This document shows, piece after piece, positions 39,967 to 51,171 of a stretch of DNA of 64,000 nucleotides. Every line of letters begins with the position of its first letter. Within the stretch, counting starts at the first letter, position 1. This stretch comes from Nitrosopumilus sp. (GTDB lineage Archaea; Thermoproteota; Nitrososphaeria; Nitrososphaerales; Nitrosopumilaceae), in the NCBI GenBank assembly GCA_965249555.1, contig OZ252243.1, positions 1,056,001 to 1,120,000 of the forward strand, written 5' to 3'. The position numbers and the translations under genes are program-made. The notes beneath the pieces were generated by a model that searched no databases, was not told where the DNA came from, and saw only the letters and a list, made by a program, of their open reading frames with translations.

Positions 39967-41001
39967 CTATTCTGTCTCTAAAATCAGTTTTGACATAGTG
40001 GTTTCAGTTGGTATTTTTTGTTCAACTGCATAAGCAATTGCTGCAAGATTTCTTACTTCGTATGCAGTTAGTTTTGTAATTCCTACTGTTGTTGCTAAAC
40101 TGAACATTTTTGTGAAAGAGTTTAACGATGCTTTATAAATTGCTATTTCAAAAGCTCTTTCAAACTCAGCTATTGCATCTAATTCATTTTCAACTTGAGG
40201 AACTAAATTACCATATTTTGTGCTAGAAAGTTCGTTAAATGCATCTCTTATCGAACCAGCTGACATCATTCTTCCTAGCAAATCTTTTGCAGCTGGGGAT
40301 TGAATTATAATTAAATCTTGAATTTGTTGTTCATCAAGTCCCCAAAACTTTCCTCTAATTACACTCAGAATATTATAAAAATCGACATCCATCCCAATTA
40401 ATCTACTTGCATCTATGTCTCCAGATTTCAGTGCTTTAACAAGACGTGTATACAAAATTTTATCAAAATATGTATCAAAGATTTGGATATTTTTTTTATC
40501 TGCATACAAAGCTGCTGCTTTTGCAATATCTTCACCAAATTCTACTTGGCTTAAACTTGCAACTGTTTCTTCTAGATCTTTTGCTACAAGTGCTTTGATT
40601 ACAATATCTCTTTGTTTGACTAGTTCTTCTGCACGAAGATTAATGTGAATTTCAATCTCTTCTTGAGATTTTCCTAAAATTTTTCCTTTTAGAATTTGTT
40701 TTAAATTAGAAATGATAAATTTCAAATAATAAGCATCTAAGATGCGTGACTCTCCAGCAGTTTTTGCTATACTATAATGAACATCAGCTAGGTGACTTTT
40801 CAGAGCAGATTCAATACCCTGAGATGTGTAAGGTTTCTCTACTTCAGATACTGCTTCTCCATAAACTGTATTTTTAATTCTCGTCATTAATTCATCAAGA
40901 TCTCTTGATTCTGCCAAGGTTTGAAAATCAGCTTTTTTTAGTAACTTTCCTCTTTTACTATAAGACTTTACAGATGCAAAGACGTTTTTAGATCCACCCA
41001 T
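39967..41001 (-). CDS. atpC: A/V-type ATP synthase subunit C
   Basis: KSYSKRGKLL, NLKQILKG, DVDFYNILSVIRG and YEVRNLAAI. Confidence 0.88.
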   Translation of the reverse strand: MGGSKNVFASVKSYSKRGKLLKKADFQTLAESRDLDELMTRIKNTVYGEAVSEVEKPYTSQGIESALKSHLADVHYSIAKTAGESRILDAYYLKFIISNLKQILKGKILGKSQEEIEIHINLRAEELVKQRDIVIKALVAKDLEETVASLSQVEFGEDIAKAAALYADKKNIQIFDTYFDKILYTRLVKALKSGDIDASRLIGMDVDFYNILSVIRGKFWGLDEQQIQDLIIIQSPAAKDLLGRMMSAGSIRDAFNELSSTKYGNLVPQVENELDAIAEFERAFEIAIYKASLNSFTKMFSLATTVGITKLTAYEVRNLAAIAYAVEQKIPTETTMSKLILETE

Positions 41002-41042
41002 TTTGATTGATCTCAATAAATAACTGATTTTAATGTTTGGCG

Positions 41043-41726
41043 TTATCTTACTTGTGGTTCGGTTATTTCATTGAGGAATCTGATGGCATCATTCTTTTCT
41101 TGTTTGGATAGTTTTAAGAACGCCTCTAAAAACTCCTTTTGAATACCTAAAGACTCATCTGAAATTTCTCTAAGTTTTGATAGATCAAAAGGAAGTAGAT
41201 TTTTAATTTTATTATCACAAAAAGCCTTGACATATTTTTGAAAAATTGAATATGTAAAATTAGGACTAGTCTTTAAGAGAGTAGAGATAATTTTTTCAAA
41301 GTCTTTTTCAGCAGATTCTGACTTTGCAAAAAAATCTTTTAGTAAATTTTCTCTATTTTTAATTTCACTTATTGATAGTGCTATCAAAATACCTTTTTTG
41401 GTTAAGTGATAGTATGGAATTCCTATTTCCTGAAGAGCCTTTGGACCTCTTTTTAGAGGCAATCTTCCATCCTCCTCTGCAATCTTCATAGGAAGCAAAA
41501 TCTCATCCATATCACGAAATATTCCTGAATAGATATTCTTCCATGCTATTCCTTGTTTTTTTGCTATTCTTTGAGAAATCCCTGTTCTTGTTCTTTCTGC
41601 AGGATTAACATTACTGGCAAGTATTGTAATGATCGCTCTTTGCCTATTTGCTTCTCCTGTTAGTTCGTCACCTTTAGTCTTGAATGTATCAAAAATTGCT
41701 AATTTTATACCTGATTTTTCCTTCAT
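41043..41726 (-). CDS. Hypothetical protein, probable winged-helix DNA-binding
   Basis: TRTGISQRIA...WKNIYSGIF helix pair and YYHLTKKG wing motif; divergent from amt. Confidence 0.6.
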   Translation of the reverse strand: MKEKSGIKLAIFDTFKTKGDELTGEANRQRAIITILASNVNPAERTRTGISQRIAKKQGIAWKNIYSGIFRDMDEILLPMKIAEEDGRLPLKRGPKALQEIGIPYYHLTKKGILIALSISEIKNRENLLKDFFAKSESAEKDFEKIISTLLKTSPNFTYSIFQKYVKAFCDNKIKNLLPFDLSKLREISDESLGIQKEFLEAFLKLSKQEKNDAIRFLNEITEPQVR

Positions 41727-41853
41727 ATTTATACTCCTGACCTGATTTTCATATTTTATGTTACTATCAGATTATACTAAAATATAATAATTTACTTTTT
41801 TACAAATTTTCTAGTCTTCAATCCTTAAATGCTCTCCAATTTCGATTAATTTA

Positions 41854-43416
41854 ATGAATTCTAGGAACTACAAGTATGCTCTATTACTTGTAGCCGCAGT
41901 ATCAATCACAGCAACTGGTGCAATGTCACAAGCATATGCACAAAGTGTTGATGATGGTATGGACGGATATGTACTAGGTACCAGTGGAATTTACACTGGT
42001 AATCCTAACGAGTGTTGGTATGATGATGGCGAAGGCGGTATGCTCCCTTGTATGGTAGATACAGGTGATATGGCATGGATGCTAACGGCAACATCATTAG
42101 TACTCTTCATGACTCCCGGCGTTGCATTCTTTTATGGTGGTTTATCCAGATCAAAGAACGCAGTAAACGTCATCGGCATGACCTTTGTAGTCATTGGTTT
42201 AATGTCAGTACAATGGGTTCTATGGGGATACTCACTAGCATTTGGTGGAATTGATTCAGATGCAAATATGTTCATGGGAAATTTGGACTATGCTGGATTT
42301 AATATGGTCTCAGCATGGGCTCCATTAGGTGAAGCAGGACCTTGTGCAGACACTTGGTCTAATGCATACCAGATGCAGCAGTTCAAAGAAGGAGATATTT
42401 GTAGTCAAGGTTGGCCAGGTACAGTACCTCACCAACTATTTGCAATGTTCCAAGCAACATTCGCAATTATCACCCCAGCACTAATTGTTGGTGGTTTGAT
42501 TGACAGAATCAAATTCAGCGCATTAATCATATTCGTACTCTTATGGGGTACCTTCGTTTATGATCCAATAGCACATTGGGTTTGGGGAGGTGGTTACATA
42601 GGAGGAGGATCACTAGACCTTGATCCAAACTTATCGCCATCATACGCATTAGACTTTGCTGGTGGTACTGTAGTACACATTACTTCAGGATTCGCTGCAT
42701 TGGCAGGAGCCTTAGTCCTTGGCAGAAGACTTGGATATGGCAAAGTTCCAATGGAACCACACAACATTCCAATGGTTGTACTAGGTGCATCCATACTTTG
42801 GTTTGGTTGGTTTGGTTTCAACGCAGGAAGTGAAGTAATGGTAGACGGCATTACCATAAGCGCATGGACTGTAACTAATACCGCAACAGGTATGGCTTCA
42901 GTTACATGGGTTTTGATGTCATGGGCACATACCGGAAAACCAAGTATAGTTGGAGCTGCATCAGGTGCAGTAGCAGGATTGGTAGCAATCACTCCAGCTT
43001 CAGGTTGGGTAGGTCCAATGGCTTCGATTATAATCGGTATTGCTGCTGGTACAGTTTGTTATGCAGCTATAGCATTCAAGAATGCACGCAAATGGGATGA
43101 CGCATTAGATGTATGGGGAGTACACGGAATGGGTGGTCTTACAGGTGCAATTTTGACTGGAACATTAGCTAGTCCACACGTTTGGGATACTGGAGACGGT
43201 ATCGGCGCATGGACTGGTACTCCAGAAGGAATGGAACAGCAAGCAATCAGCATCATTGGTGCTGCAATATCAGTAGGCTATGCCTTTGGTGTTACTATTG
43301 TAATCTTCAAAATCATGGATGCCATCTGGCCAGGTGGAATCAGAGTCACTCCTAAAGAAGAGGAGATTGGCATTGATTTGGCCCAGCACGGCGAAAGAGC
43401 ATACGTTAACGAATAG
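41854..43416 (+). CDS. amt: Ammonium transporter (Amt family)
   Basis: DTGDMAW, FMTPG, FQATFA, DFAGGTVVH, WFGWFGFNAGS, DDALDVWGVHG and EEEIGIDLAQHGE. Confidence 0.97.
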   Translation: MNSRNYKYALLLVAAVSITATGAMSQAYAQSVDDGMDGYVLGTSGIYTGNPNECWYDDGEGGMLPCMVDTGDMAWMLTATSLVLFMTPGVAFFYGGLSRSKNAVNVIGMTFVVIGLMSVQWVLWGYSLAFGGIDSDANMFMGNLDYAGFNMVSAWAPLGEAGPCADTWSNAYQMQQFKEGDICSQGWPGTVPHQLFAMFQATFAIITPALIVGGLIDRIKFSALIIFVLLWGTFVYDPIAHWVWGGGYIGGGSLDLDPNLSPSYALDFAGGTVVHITSGFAALAGALVLGRRLGYGKVPMEPHNIPMVVLGASILWFGWFGFNAGSEVMVDGITISAWTVTNTATGMASVTWVLMSWAHTGKPSIVGAASGAVAGLVAITPASGWVGPMASIIIGIAAGTVCYAAIAFKNARKWDDALDVWGVHGMGGLTGAILTGTLASPHVWDTGDGIGAWTGTPEGMEQQAISIIGAAISVGYAFGVTIVIFKIMDAIWPGGIRVTPKEEEIGIDLAQHGERAYVNE

Positions 43417-43448
43417 AAAAAACCCTTTTCTTTTCTTTTTATTTTTTC
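43415..43448 (+). terminator. Oligo-T terminator after amt
   Basis: CCCTTTTCTTTTCTTTTTATTTTTT immediately after the stop codon. Confidence 0.55.
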
Positions 43449-43487
43449 AATACAAATCAATTTAGATTTGATCAATTCACCAAAATC

Positions 43488-44264
43488 ATGTTAATTTCTA
43501 CAACTAAACTTGATTCGATTCTTAATGATTCAAATATTTTGATAATTGACACCCGTTCTTTTGGAAAATATTCTGAAGGACATGTTCCAGGTGCTGTCAA
43601 TTTAGATCTATTTGCATTTCATTGGATAGATACGACAAAAGAAGGAATACAAAATTTTAACAAACAAGCAGAGATAATTTTTTCATTTGTTGGGATAAAC
43701 TCAGAAAAGAAAGTTATTTTTTATGATGATGTTTCTGGGATGCTTGCTGCTAGAGGTGTTTGGATGCTAGAATATTTCTCTCATCCTAATGTATCAATAT
43801 TGGACGGTGGCATGAAAAAATGGAAAAAAGAAAATCTATCAATTGAAACAAAACCAAATCCATTTCAACCCTCAAAATTTTCTGGAAAAATTAATCCTAA
43901 AATCATTTCCAGCTATGAATACATTATAGACAATATTGATACGCTAAAAATTATTGATGCTAGATCTGATGGGGAGTTTAGTGGAACTGTTGTACGGGCA
44001 GCACAAGTAGGACATATTCCAAAATCTGTCAATATTGATTGGAGTATGAACATCAATGATGATGGTACTTTCAAATCAGATGATGAATTATCCAAACTTT
44101 ACCAAATCCCAAAAGACTCTGAAATAGTGACTTATTGCCAAGGAGCCTATCGTGCTGCTAACTCGTTTCTTGCATTAAAGAAACTTGGTTTTACCAATGT
44201 TCGTGTGTATCTGGGCTCTTGGGGGGAATGGGGAAATAAACTAGATTTACCTGTAGAAAAATAA
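43488..44264 (+). CDS. Rhodanese-like sulfurtransferase (two-domain)
   Basis: GHVPGAV, ILDGG, DARS, YCQGAYRA and YLGSWGEW. Confidence 0.93.
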   Translation: MLISTTKLDSILNDSNILIIDTRSFGKYSEGHVPGAVNLDLFAFHWIDTTKEGIQNFNKQAEIIFSFVGINSEKKVIFYDDVSGMLAARGVWMLEYFSHPNVSILDGGMKKWKKENLSIETKPNPFQPSKFSGKINPKIISSYEYIIDNIDTLKIIDARSDGEFSGTVVRAAQVGHIPKSVNIDWSMNINDDGTFKSDDELSKLYQIPKDSEIVTYCQGAYRAANSFLALKKLGFTNVRVYLGSWGEWGNKLDLPVEK

Positions 44265-44297
44265 TCGTGTTTTATCAACATCAAGCATTACAACAAA

Positions 44298-44384
44298 CTA
44301 TGGACTAACTATTGTTATTCCAAAAATAGCGAATCCAAGCATAATTCCTGCAGGAATTATAGTAATTATGAATTCTTTTGACAT
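44298..44384 (-). CDS. 28-aa hydrophobic micro-ORF directly after atpI, not in ORF track
   Basis: MSKEFIITIIPAGIMLGFAIFGITIVSP*; starts 7 nt after the atpI stop, with AGGAG upstream. Confidence 0.55.
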   Translation of the reverse strand: MSKEFIITIIPAGIMLGFAIFGITIVSP

Positions 44385-44391
44385 GTTCTTT

Positions 44392-46500
44392 CTATCTCCT
44401 ACTTTTCTTACTCTTCCAAGAATATGTATTGTAAACCCTTTCTGGAACTAATTGTTGGAATGGTTGGGAACCACCATCATACCATTTTGTAAAGAACTCA
44501 TAGAGATGAAGCCTTAGAGACTGGATGTAAACAATCAAACCTTCAATCATCATGATTCCTATCTGTCCACCAATAATTAGTACAAGAGACATTGGATTGC
44601 TAAGTCCTCCTAATGATTCATAGGCCTGATTAACTGTAAGCAAAAGAGCTGCATGTACTAGAAGCATAATTCCTATTCGCGCATAACTAATCGAGTGCGC
44701 CAGACATTCAATGGTCTTTCCAAGTAAGACTTCCATGATTACACTTACCATATCACCACCATCCTCTGGATGTTTTTTGTTATGTTTTATTCCACCAATT
44801 ATCATCAATACAACACATGCAAGAATAATAATTATTGAAACTCTGACAACTATCCATACAACTGCCCATTCTCCAACAAGTACTGATACCCAAGGAACAG
44901 CTTCTGTGTGAATTTTCGAATACATGTTCATGACATCATATCCAGAACCTATTGCTCCCATCATTACTCCGAAAACTCCTAACCACATGAACAAATTAGG
45001 AATTGCTTCAAAGATCAATGCACTTTTGTCTTTCTTTTTTGCAAAGTTACGAATTCGTAAAAGAAAAGCCCAACCTAGATGAATAACTCCCAAGAATAAT
45101 GATACTTTAAGAATCATGATTACTTGATCAAATGTTAATTCTGCTACACTGATAGAACCAATCAACCATTCAATTGAATGAAGTGGCCCACCTTCATGTA
45201 ACAACGCTTCAAATCCTGCAAAGTGTTCTAAGTGAAAACCAAATATTTCACCCTGAAAAATTCCCGCTAGTGCACCTGCTCCACCAGACATTGCAAGTAA
45301 CATTCCCCATCTTGATAGAGTACCTTGTCCTTTGAATTTGAATAATAAACCTAAACCCATTAACAATAATCCATGGCCTAAATCTGCAAACATTAATCCA
45401 TAAAATATAGGCCACATTAGTGCAATCATCCATGTAGGATCAAATTCTCCTCGCTTTGGGATTCCTTGACTGCTAGTGATTACTTCATATGTTCTAACCC
45501 ATTTTGGATTATCCAAATAAACAGGAAGTTCTGAAAGTGACTCTTCATCTTTTATTCCTTCAGTAATTGAAGTCCATTGGCTTGTCACTTCTTTGAATTT
45601 TTTTTCCATTTTCTTTGGGATATATCCTTGAATTACTGCAAAATTCTTTGTACCTCCTGGTTTACGTAATGTTTCAAGAACTTCTTTTACCACAAACGAA
45701 TTTTCATGCATTATTAGAATTTCACGTCGAATTTTTTTTGTGATGGAAGCTAATTCTTTTGAAATTGCTTTTTGTTTTGTTGTTAATTCTTTTATATTTA
45801 CTTCTGCTAAAGAATACGCTTCACTTGGAATTTGAGGAATATCTTTAGGGATACTAAACGGATTAGAATTAAGTGCTCGCATAACTTTGAGGATTTTATC
45901 AGAGTCATCAATATCAGAAATTATTATTATGGCTGATTTTTCTTTAGACTCTAAATCATATTTGAAAATTGGTATGCCTTCTAATGATCGTTCAATCTCT
46001 CCAAAATCTGAAGTATTAATGACAAATAGATTTGTATAAAAATAATTCATCTCTCCAAAACCACTTAGGTCAACTTTTAGTTTATTTGCAACTTGTAATG
46101 TTTCTTTTAATGATTTGAATTCTTCAAGAGAGTGATTAATCTTTGAATTCTCTTCTAATACTTTAGCTGCTTTAGTGATACTATCTGGAACTTTTTCTAG
46201 TTCTGCAATCAAATTTTCGATCTCATCAATTTCATAATTTTTCTTTTTAATTACAGTCCCTTTGAAAAGAATCTCCATAATGCCAACTCGTAGAGGAATA
46301 TTCAATCCCTTGATCACATCTTCAACAAATTGGTGTGTTTTTTGTGCCCGTAAAAGAAGATCATCTATTTCAGGAGTAACTGTTTCATTTTCCATCTCCA
46401 TTTTATGAAACCATTCAAATTCGGCTAGACGTGATATTGCTTTTGGAGATTCATTTCTTGGAAGTATAACACTGCCAATCAGAAGATCTGCAACAGTCAC
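44392..46500 (-). CDS. atpI: A/V-type ATP synthase subunit I (a); start GTG 46500 or 46509
   Basis: FDPT, MFADLGHG, SISYARI (essential Arg) and IQSLRLHLYEFFTK. Confidence 0.95.
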   Translation of the reverse strand: MTVADLLIGSVILPRNESPKAISRLAEFEWFHKMEMENETVTPEIDDLLLRAQKTHQFVEDVIKGLNIPLRVGIMEILFKGTVIKKKNYEIDEIENLIAELEKVPDSITKAAKVLEENSKINHSLEEFKSLKETLQVANKLKVDLSGFGEMNYFYTNLFVINTSDFGEIERSLEGIPIFKYDLESKEKSAIIIISDIDDSDKILKVMRALNSNPFSIPKDIPQIPSEAYSLAEVNIKELTTKQKAISKELASITKKIRREILIMHENSFVVKEVLETLRKPGGTKNFAVIQGYIPKKMEKKFKEVTSQWTSITEGIKDEESLSELPVYLDNPKWVRTYEVITSSQGIPKRGEFDPTWMIALMWPIFYGLMFADLGHGLLLMGLGLLFKFKGQGTLSRWGMLLAMSGGAGALAGIFQGEIFGFHLEHFAGFEALLHEGGPLHSIEWLIGSISVAELTFDQVIMILKVSLFLGVIHLGWAFLLRIRNFAKKKDKSALIFEAIPNLFMWLGVFGVMMGAIGSGYDVMNMYSKIHTEAVPWVSVLVGEWAVVWIVVRVSIIIILACVVLMIIGGIKHNKKHPEDGGDMVSVIMEVLLGKTIECLAHSISYARIGIMLLVHAALLLTVNQAYESLGGLSNPMSLVLIIGGQIGIMMIEGLIVYIQSLRLHLYEFFTKWYDGGSQPFQQLVPERVYNTYSWKSKKSRR

Positions 46501-46622
46501 ACTTCCCACGACAATTATTACACTATAATATCTTTCTAAGTTCAAATTGAAAACATGATTTTTTTTGAATTATTTTAATTCCTCCCAAACATTAAAATCT
46601 ATTATCCAATGACCACCCCATA

Positions 46623-47222
46623 TTGGCACCTAATTCTACATTAGAAAAATCTATTGACAAAATTCTCAAGAAAACCGAAAAAGAAATTCTACTAGATCTA
46701 GAAAATTCAGGTTCAGATTCTAAACAAACATTAGATAACTCACTTCCAAAACTCGAACAGGAATTTGATAAAATTATTTCAGATGGAAACAAAGAAGCAA
46801 ACAAAATTGAAAAACAAATTATTGGTAGTTCTGAACTAGAAGTTAGAAACAAACAACTTTTGTTATTAGAAGAAGGAGTTGACAAGGTCTTTTCAAAAGC
46901 GTTAGATCAAATAGCAAATGCTGATCGAAGTGGAGATTACTCAAATCTCATTAATACTTTGTTAGATGAATCAACTAAAATTTTAGGTACAACTGAAGTT
47001 ACAGTTTTTACAAATGCTAAAGACAAAGATGTAGTACAATCTGCATTATCTAAATTCTCAGGAGCTGAATTATCATCTGATACAATTGATTGTCTTGGTG
47101 GAGTTATAATAAAATCAAAAGATGGTACAATGACATTTGATAACACTATAGATGCAAGAATTGAACGCTTGAAGCCTTTAATAAGGAAAGAAATTGCCTC
47201 CAAATTCGGAGTGGGAAATTAG
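46623..47222 (+). CDS. atpE: A/V-type ATP synthase subunit E
   Basis: N-terminal coiled coil; CLGGVII...FDNTIDAR. Confidence 0.9.
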   Translation: MAPNSTLEKSIDKILKKTEKEILLDLENSGSDSKQTLDNSLPKLEQEFDKIISDGNKEANKIEKQIIGSSELEVRNKQLLLLEEGVDKVFSKALDQIANADRSGDYSNLINTLLDESTKILGTTEVTVFTNAKDKDVVQSALSKFSGAELSSDTIDCLGGVIIKSKDGTMTFDNTIDARIERLKPLIRKEIASKFGVGN

Positions 47223-47223
47223 A

Positions 47224-49002
47224 ATGGTAGCTCAAGGTAAAATTGTTTGGGTAAGTGGTCCTGCCGTTAGAGCAGATGGTATGTCTGACGCAAAAATGTA
47301 TGAAACTGTATCTGTTGGTAATTCAAAATTAGTAGGTGAAGTAATTAGATTAACTGGTGATGTTGCATTTATTCAAGTCTATGAATCAACCAGTGGATTA
47401 AAACCCGGTGAGCCTGTTGTTGGTACTGGAAATCCACTTAGTGTTTTGTTAGGTCCGGGTATTATTGGACAACTTTATGATGGAATTCAAAGACCTCTAA
47501 GAGAATTATCAAAAGCCTCTGGTTCATTCATTGGAAGAGGTATTACGACCACCCCAGTTGATATGACCAAAAAATATCATTTTGTACCAACTGTTAGTGT
47601 TGGTGATGAAGTTACTGGAGGAAATGTACTTGGAACTGTACAAGAAACTGATCTTATTGAACACTCTATTATGGTCCCACCAGATCACAAAGGTGGAAAA
47701 ATTACAAATATCGTTTCAGAAGGAGACTATGATTTAGAAACTGAAATAGCTACATCTGAGAAAGATGGAGAAACCATTTCACTTAAAATGTATCACAAAT
47801 GGCCTGTAAGAAAACCTAGACCATACAAAAGTCGTTATGATCCTACTGTTCCATTACTAACTGGACAACGTGTAATAGACACATTTTTCCCAATTGCAAA
47901 AGGTGGAACCGGTTCAATTCCTGGAGCATTTGGAACGGGAAAGACTGTTACATTACACCAAATTGCAAAATGGGCTGATTCTCAAGTTGTTGTTTACATT
48001 GGTTGCGGTGAAAGAGGAAACGAGATGACTGAAGTTCTAGTTGAATTCCCACACCTCAAAGATCCACGTAGTGGAAAACCACTCATGGATAGAACTGTTC
48101 TTGTTGCAAATACTAGTAACATGCCAGTAGCAGCAAGAGAAGCAAGTATCTACACTGGTGTAACAATTGCAGAATATTACAGAGATATGGGTAAAGACGT
48201 TGTACTTGTAGCAGACTCTACAAGTAGATGGGCTGAATCACTCAGAGAAATGAGTGGTAGATTAGAAGAGATGCCCGCAGAAGAGGGGTATCCATCATAT
48301 CTTGCATCAAGATTAGCAGAATTTTATGAAAGAGCAGGTCGTGTTAGAGCAATTGGAAGTCCAGATCGTGATGGTTCAGTTACTTTGATTGGTGCTGTAT
48401 CTCCATCAGGTGGTGACTTTACAGAACCAGTTACAACCCACACAATGAGATTTATCAAAACTTTTTGGGCTTTGGATGCAAAACTTGCATACTCTAGACA
48501 CTATCCATCAATCAACTGGATGAATAGTTACTCTGGTTATCTTGCTGATATTGCAAAATGGTGGAGTGAAAATATCGATAAAGATTGGTTTGAGATAAGA
48601 AGTGAGGTATATGGAATTTTACAAAGAGAAGATACGCTAAAAGAAATTGTCAGACTCTTAGGTCCAGAAGCATTACCTGATGAAGAAAAACTAATTCTTG
48701 AAGTTGCAAGAATGATAAAGATTGGTCTTTTACAGCAAAACTCTTTTGATGATGTTGACACTTTTTGCAGTCCAGAAAAACAGTTTAAGCTAATGAAACT
48801 ATTAGTTGACTTTTACAATCAAGGTCAACAAGCAATCAAAGCAGGTACATCATTAGTTGATATCCGTACAATGTCTGTAATTCCTTCACTTCTTAAAGCA
48901 AGAATGGATATCAAAGATGATGAAATGCCAAAACTTGATCAATTAGATAAAGAAATGCAAGAACAATTCAAATCAATTACAGGAGTAAAGGTATCAAATT
49001 GA
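47224..49002 (+). CDS. atpA: A/V-type ATP synthase subunit A (no intein)
   Basis: [30 protein letters not shown] and PAEEGYP. Confidence 0.98.
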   Translation: MVAQGKIVWVSGPAVRADGMSDAKMYETVSVGNSKLVGEVIRLTGDVAFIQVYESTSGLKPGEPVVGTGNPLSVLLGPGIIGQLYDGIQRPLRELSKASGSFIGRGITTTPVDMTKKYHFVPTVSVGDEVTGGNVLGTVQETDLIEHSIMVPPDHKGGKITNIVSEGDYDLETEIATSEKDGETISLKMYHKWPVRKPRPYKSRYDPTVPLLTGQRVIDTFFPIAKGGTGSIPGAFGTGKTVTLHQIAKWADSQVVVYIGCGERGNEMTEVLVEFPHLKDPRSGKPLMDRTVLVANTSNMPVAAREASIYTGVTIAEYYRDMGKDVVLVADSTSRWAESLREMSGRLEEMPAEEGYPSYLASRLAEFYERAGRVRAIGSPDRDGSVTLIGAVSPSGGDFTEPVTTHTMRFIKTFWALDAKLAYSRHYPSINWMNSYSGYLADIAKWWSENIDKDWFEIRSEVYGILQREDTLKEIVRLLGPEALPDEEKLILEVARMIKIGLLQQNSFDDVDTFCSPEKQFKLMKLLVDFYNQGQQAIKAGTSLVDIRTMSVIPSLLKARMDIKDDEMPKLDQLDKEMQEQFKSITGVKVSN

Positions 49003-50384
49003 CAACAGAAGGCGGAGTTCAATACAGCAAGATTGCTGAAATCAAAGGTCCACTGGTAGTTGTAGATGATGTTGAAAATGCAGCATTTGATGAACTTGTT
49101 GAAATTGAAACTAAAGAAGGAGAAAGAAGATTAGGTAAAGTTCTCGAAGTAGGAAATGGTAAAGCAGTCGTTCAAGTTTTTGAGGGAACAACTGGACTAT
49201 CTATCTCTGGAACAAATGCTAAATTTGTAGGTAAAGTAATGGAAATGCCAGTATCCAAAGAGGTACTTGGTAGAGTTTTTGATGGACTAGGTAGACCAAA
49301 AGATGGACTACCAGATCCAATTGCTGATAAATTTGTTGACATTAATGGTGAACCAATGAATCCAGAACAACGTGAATATCCAAAAGACTTCATTCAAACC
49401 GGTGTATCTGTAATTGATGGATTGATGACTCTAGTTAGAGGACAAAAACTTCCAATCTTTTCAGGCTCTGGCATGTCTCACAACCTTTTAGCAGCACAAA
49501 TTGCCAGACAAGCAAGTGTTGTTGGAACACAAGATGACTTTGCTGTAGTATTTGCAGCAATTGGTGTGCAATACAGTGAAGCAGAATATTTCAGACGAAG
49601 TCTTGAAGATTCTGGTGCACTAAAGAGAAGTGTTCTATTTCTAAATACAGCAGATGATCCTGCAATTGAACGAATTATCACTCCGCGTGTGGCTTTAACT
49701 GTCGCTGAATATCTGGCATTTGATTTAGGAATGCACGTTCTAGTTGTAATGACTGACATGACAAACTATGCAGAAGCATTAAGAGAGATTAGTGCAGCAA
49801 GAGAAGAAGTTCCTGGAAGAAAAGGTTATCCTGGTTATCTTTACACTGACCTCTCAACAATCTATGAAAGAGCAGGTAAACTACAGGGAAGAAAAGGAAG
49901 TGTTACCCAAGTTCCAATCTTATCAATGCCATCTGATGATATTACTCATCCAATCCCTGACCTTACTGGTTACATTACCGAGGGACAAGTAGTAGTTGGT
50001 AGAGATTTGTTCAGACAAGGAATTTATCCTCCAATCAATATTTTGATGAGTCTTAGTAGACTGATGAAAGACGGGATTGGTGAGGGAAGTACCAGAGAAG
50101 ATCATAGTGAAGTTGCTAATCAAGTTTATGATGCATATTCTAGAGCACAAGAAGTAAGAGCACTAGCAGGTATTGTAGGTAAAGCAGGACTAACTGAAAT
50201 TGACTTGAAATACATGGATGTTGGTGATATTTTTGAAAAAGAATTCCTTTCACAAGCAACTGATGAGAACAGAACCATTGAAGAAACACTTGGTATCTTA
50301 TGGAAGATTGTTTCTAAACTACCAAAGAACGAGATTACTAAGATCAAAGACAAATTCGTAGACCAATATTATCAGGAAGAATAA
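48999..50384 (+). CDS. atpB: A/V-type ATP synthase subunit B
   Basis: [23 protein letters not shown] and [10 protein letters not shown]. Confidence 0.98.
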   Translation: MTTEGGVQYSKIAEIKGPLVVVDDVENAAFDELVEIETKEGERRLGKVLEVGNGKAVVQVFEGTTGLSISGTNAKFVGKVMEMPVSKEVLGRVFDGLGRPKDGLPDPIADKFVDINGEPMNPEQREYPKDFIQTGVSVIDGLMTLVRGQKLPIFSGSGMSHNLLAAQIARQASVVGTQDDFAVVFAAIGVQYSEAEYFRRSLEDSGALKRSVLFLNTADDPAIERIITPRVALTVAEYLAFDLGMHVLVVMTDMTNYAEALREISAAREEVPGRKGYPGYLYTDLSTIYERAGKLQGRKGSVTQVPILSMPSDDITHPIPDLTGYITEGQVVVGRDLFRQGIYPPINILMSLSRLMKDGIGEGSTREDHSEVANQVYDAYSRAQEVRALAGIVGKAGLTEIDLKYMDVGDIFEKEFLSQATDENRTIEETLGILWKIVSKLPKNEITKIKDKFVDQYYQEE

Positions 50385-50388
50385 CAAA

Positions 50389-51024
50389 ATGTCATTTGGA
50401 CAAAATGTCTCTGCAACAAAAATCGAACTTTTAAAATTTAAAAAATCTAGCCAAGTCGCCACTATGGTTCAAAAAATTTTAGATGATAAACGTAAAGTTC
50501 TCTTAAAAAACATTGAAGAAATGATTGTAGAAGCATCAAAAGCAAGAGGTGGAATTTGGGATCCTTTACAGGATATCTACAAGTCAGTAAATGAGGCATA
50601 TTTAGCATTAGGAACTGATACTGTTGACTCTGTTGCAGAATCCACACCACCTGTAATGCAGGTAGATGTTCACGTAAGAAGAGTAGTTGATGTAAAGATT
50701 CCAGCACTTACAGTAACTGAAAAAGACACAAAATCAATGCCTTATGGATTTGCTGATACAAACTCTTCAATTGATAGAGCAGCAAAACAAATCAAAGAAC
50801 TGCTTCCAAAAATTTGTAAAGCAGCAGAATATGAAAATTCTATCTTTAGTCTTGCAAAAGCATTAGAAAAGACACAAAAATTGTTAAATGCTCTTGAAAA
50901 TGTAATTATTCCACAATATCAACACAATATTCGATTCATCGCTCAAGCTCTTGAAGAAAAAGAGAGAGAAGAATTCGCAAAGTTAAAAAAAGTTAAAGCA
51001 AAGATACAAAATAGGAAATCATGA
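50389..51024 (+). CDS. atpD: A/V-type ATP synthase subunit D
   Basis: ATKIEL, ILDDKR, NALENVIIP and LEEKEREEF. Confidence 0.93.
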   Translation: MSFGQNVSATKIELLKFKKSSQVATMVQKILDDKRKVLLKNIEEMIVEASKARGGIWDPLQDIYKSVNEAYLALGTDTVDSVAESTPPVMQVDVHVRRVVDVKIPALTVTEKDTKSMPYGFADTNSSIDRAAKQIKELLPKICKAAEYENSIFSLAKALEKTQKLLNALENVIIPQYQHNIRFIAQALEEKEREEFAKLKKVKAKIQNRKS

Positions 51025-51152
51025 CAAAAGAAGAAATCAAAAAACTGCTCGAAACTTCCAAAAAGACATTAGATAATGATCATGAAAATTTTGTAAAATC
51101 AATTAAAGATGATATAACTTCATTCAAAAAGAAAACACTAGATCAAATTTAA
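51021..51152 (+). CDS. 43-aa charged helical micro-ORF coupled to atpD, not in ORF track
   Basis: ATGA overlap with the atpD stop; MTKEEIKKLLETSKKTLDNDHENFVKSIKDDITSFKKKTLDQI*. Confidence 0.7.
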   Translation: MTKEEIKKLLETSKKTLDNDHENFVKSIKDDITSFKKKTLDQI

Positions 51153-51171
51153 TGCTATTACATCATCATGA

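Noticed and set aside
47224-49002. Intein in atpA
   Set aside because: The length is normal and the Walker A region is uninterrupted.
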